Shown one piece after another: positions 61,530 to 64,000 of a stretch of 64,000 nucleotides of DNA. A model generated the notes under the pieces. That model was not told the origin of the DNA, searched no databases, and was given only the letters and a program-made list of their open reading frames with translations. Origin of the DNA: Narcine bancroftii (taxonomy: Eukaryota); the NCBI RefSeq assembly GCF_036971445.1, contig NC_091469.1, positions 195,672,001-195,736,000 of the forward strand, given 5' to 3'. The translations under genes and the position numbers were made by a program. Every line of letters begins with the position of its first letter. Position 1 is the stretch's first letter.

Positions 61530-62465
61530 TAGTCACACAATCGTTACACAAATTTCTCCAAACATTTTCATCAATCTTTCTATCTAAATCCAATTCCCAT
61601 TTCATTCTTGATATATGAAGATCTGGTTTAGGCATTTTGTAACAACTTATACATTTCAGAAATGAATTTTTTTGCATCATCTTTAGTAAGTAATAGTTCT
61701 AAAGTAGATTGTCTAGGTAATTTTAAATCATAACCCAACTGTAGATTAGTGCAGTACAATTTTTTACATCAATTATATTTGACTCCGTACAAACTGATAA
61801 TTTTTCAACTTAATTCTTCAGATCTATGTTTTAGATGTGGCCAAGAAGTAGGTACCTTTTTTCATTCGACCTGGACTTGTTCTAAGGTTAAAAGTTTTTG
61901 GTTGCAAATGAAATTGATTTTAGAGCAGATATTAAAAATAATTTTACCTTTTGACCTAATGTTTTTTTTCTAGGAAACATTAACCCTATAGCTTTAAGAT
62001 TGAGATTGAATATGTATCAAATTGAATTTTTGTGTTTGGCGGTTTCTAAAAAGTATTTAGCTATTACCTGGAAATCTGACTCAGTCTTAGGGATGAAAAG
62101 ATGGCATAATGAAATGAAAGCCTGTATTTCTTTAGAAAAGATTACATATAATTTGAGAGACAATTTTTTATTTTTGCTAAAATTTGGAGCCCATATCTGA
62201 AAATTATTGGTGCTAAAATTTGATCTCTCGGTCCGCTTTGATGGATGCCGCCACTCCTGCAGCCAAGAAGTTTTAAAGTTTTAAAAGTGATTGTACTAGA
62301 TAATGATCTCCTTTTTCTCTCTTTGTAGGTGGGGAAGGGAGGAGGGAGTGTATTACTGGGGTGGTTTTTATATAAAAATTATTAATCACATTATGTCTGT
62401 ATTAAAATGTAGTAACTAATGTTATGTTATGTGATTTTAAACTTTAAGTAAAATATTTTTAAAAA
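61530..62465 (+). mobile_element. 5'-inverted L1 insertion inside the second Gmr1 LTR
   Basis: TSD aacactg(g/a)attttct at 61515-61529 and 62466-62480. 61530-61740 is ORF2 on the minus strand; from 61741 RLVQYNFLHQLYLTP..CFRC..HSTWTC is on the plus strand, followed by an A-tail. Confidence 0.88.
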
Positions 62466-63042
62466 AACACTGAATTTTCTGAGACTGGGCTTTGAAATGA
62501 TATTCCAGAATTGGGCCTGAACTGTAATAGTTTGGGAATTTTACTTACACACACGCTCGCGCGTGCACACACACACACATAGTTGGGGGTTACCTTTTGA
62601 TAAGTTAGATAAGGTGTAATATTAATGATGATTAATAAAATATTATTTTATATAACACTGTCTTGGCTAATTTTCTATTACTGCTGTCTGAATACGGAAC
62701 AAAATTGGTGGCTCATCTGAGACCACACCAAATTGGAAGCTGAGTAATCGATTAATTTCAATTTACTTTATTAGATTTTTTTAGCCAATTAAAAGGCTGT
62801 GTGCGGAATGACAGCAACGATGGACATTGATAAATTTTTAAGATTGCCTACCTTTGCAGCTTTTCAGGGGGTGAATTATATACTTCCTATTTATGCCACC
62901 TGGGCCCTTATACCTGAACTACCCTTGCCTCATAATCCTCATTTATCTAATTATTTTTCAAAGCTAAAAATTTCCAGTCCTCATAAGTATAATTTGCATC
63001 CTTTCCAGTGCAATCACACTTTACTAACAGTATGCTGTATGC

Positions 63043-63397
63043 CAATGGTTCACAACCTTTTTCTTTCCACTCACATACCATTTTAAGTTTTTCCTGTGCT
63101 GTAGGTGCTCTGTGATTAGTAAGGAATTACTTAAGGTGGTATGTGGGTGGGAAGAAAACGTTTGAAAACCACTGCTTTAATAGTACCTCATTTCATAACT
63201 CCAAAGGAAATGGGCCAATGACAATTTTTCTCAAGCAAAATATTTCAGTAACAATTGGGTCAAGAGCAGTGATTCTCAACCTTCCCTTCCCACTCACGTA
63301 CCACCTTCAGCAATCCCTTACTAATCACAGAGCACTTATGACATAGGGATTACTTAAAGTGGTATGTGAGTGGAAAGAAAAAGATTGAGAACCACTG
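63043..63397. mobile_element. Composite hAT/Charlie-like MITE with four TIR copies
   Basis: CAGTGGTTCTCAAC-like TIRs at 63043(+), ~63174(-), ~63268(+) and 63397(-); 8-bp TSD ctgtatgc / ctgtttgc. Confidence 0.82.
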
Positions 63398-63859
63398 CTG
63401 TTTGCATTCCTCAAGAAACGGTCTGCCTTGTCTTGTGTACTGTCCCATTCTAATCTCTCTATTCTCATATTTGTCACTTCGTCACTGAAAGAAACCATAC
63501 AGTGTGCATTTTACCTACCTTCTTGAAAGATCTTGAACTTATGGACATATCTTGATCTTCACACTGCTCGGTATCCTTCCATTTACCACAGTCCCTTGTC
63601 CTGTTCCCAAATCTAGTCCTCATATTTCTCCAGATGGGATTAAATTTCTCACCTTTATGCCCAGAGTATCTGTATCTTTCTGCAGCCCAGTTTCCTCTTC
63701 ACTGACTAACAGGAGGCTATTTTTTTTTGTATAATCAGCAAACTATCTCCAATGCTTTAATAACGTATGTTTAAAAACCCCACAGTAGTCGAGGCGAGAT
63801 TCAGTCAGTTGAGAAACACTACAGCACGGCAAAAGGATATTTTTTTTTAAAAAATGTAG

Positions 63860-64000
63860 GTACTGTAAATATAAAAGAAAATCTGAATATTCCGAAAAAG
63901 ACTTACCGGGTCAGACAGCGTCCTTGGAAAGAGAAACAACACCCTTTCAGGTTCAAACTTCTTCGTCCGTCCTACTGGGTGCTTCCAGCATTTTCTGATC
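63860..64000. repeat. Penelope-terminus-derived palindromic repeat, cut by the window end
   Basis: gaaaatctgaatatt..gggtcagacagcgtccttggaaagagaaac followed by the inverted cttccagcattttctg. Confidence 0.55.

Larger units (their letters stand above)
55937..62875 (+). mobile_element. Gmr1-like Ty3/Gypsy element (INT before RT and RH), decayed, arranged LTR-internal-LTR-partial internal
   Basis: LTRs at ~55937-56803 and ~60888-62701; PBS tggagggctc / tggtggctc (tRNA-Pro-like) after both LTRs; gag start at 56926; INT ~58400-59240; RT ~59500-60330; RH ~60360-60750. Confidence 0.92.

Noticed and set aside
1-64000. CRISPR arrays, rRNA, prokaryotic operons or endogenous non-retroviral viral genes
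   Set aside because: No regularly spaced repeats or such genes are visible. The long ORFs are explained by eukaryotic retroelements, their antisense frames or chance.

Overview
This is a repeat-dense vertebrate genomic window with no confidently identifiable host protein-coding exon, so it is probably a large intron or gene desert. The repeat families (CR1 with esterase ORF1, L1/Tx1-like, Rex1/Babar, RTE, HE1-like V-SINE, Deu-domain SINE, Penelope termini) point to a cartilaginous fish (inference). Main content: (1) a young, TSD-flanked L1 derivative that keeps ORF1 but lacks almost all of ORF2 (HAL1-like), nested in an older L1, with a 3' fragment of its autonomous partner family 50 kb away; (2) two independent 5'-inverted L1 insertions (twin-priming signature); (3) a complete but decayed Ty3/Gypsy provirus with a 4-bp TSD; (4) a Gmr1-type Gypsy (integrase before RT) in a tandem LTR-int-LTR-int arrangement, carrying a Tigger-like hairpin MITE; (5) a near full-length CR1; (6) Penelope remnants, including palindromic derivatives with decayed hammerhead-like cores; (7) several repeat-free, TAAT-rich or CpG-retaining islands that look like conserved non-coding elements. 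Family names come from motif recognition by eye and not from a database search.
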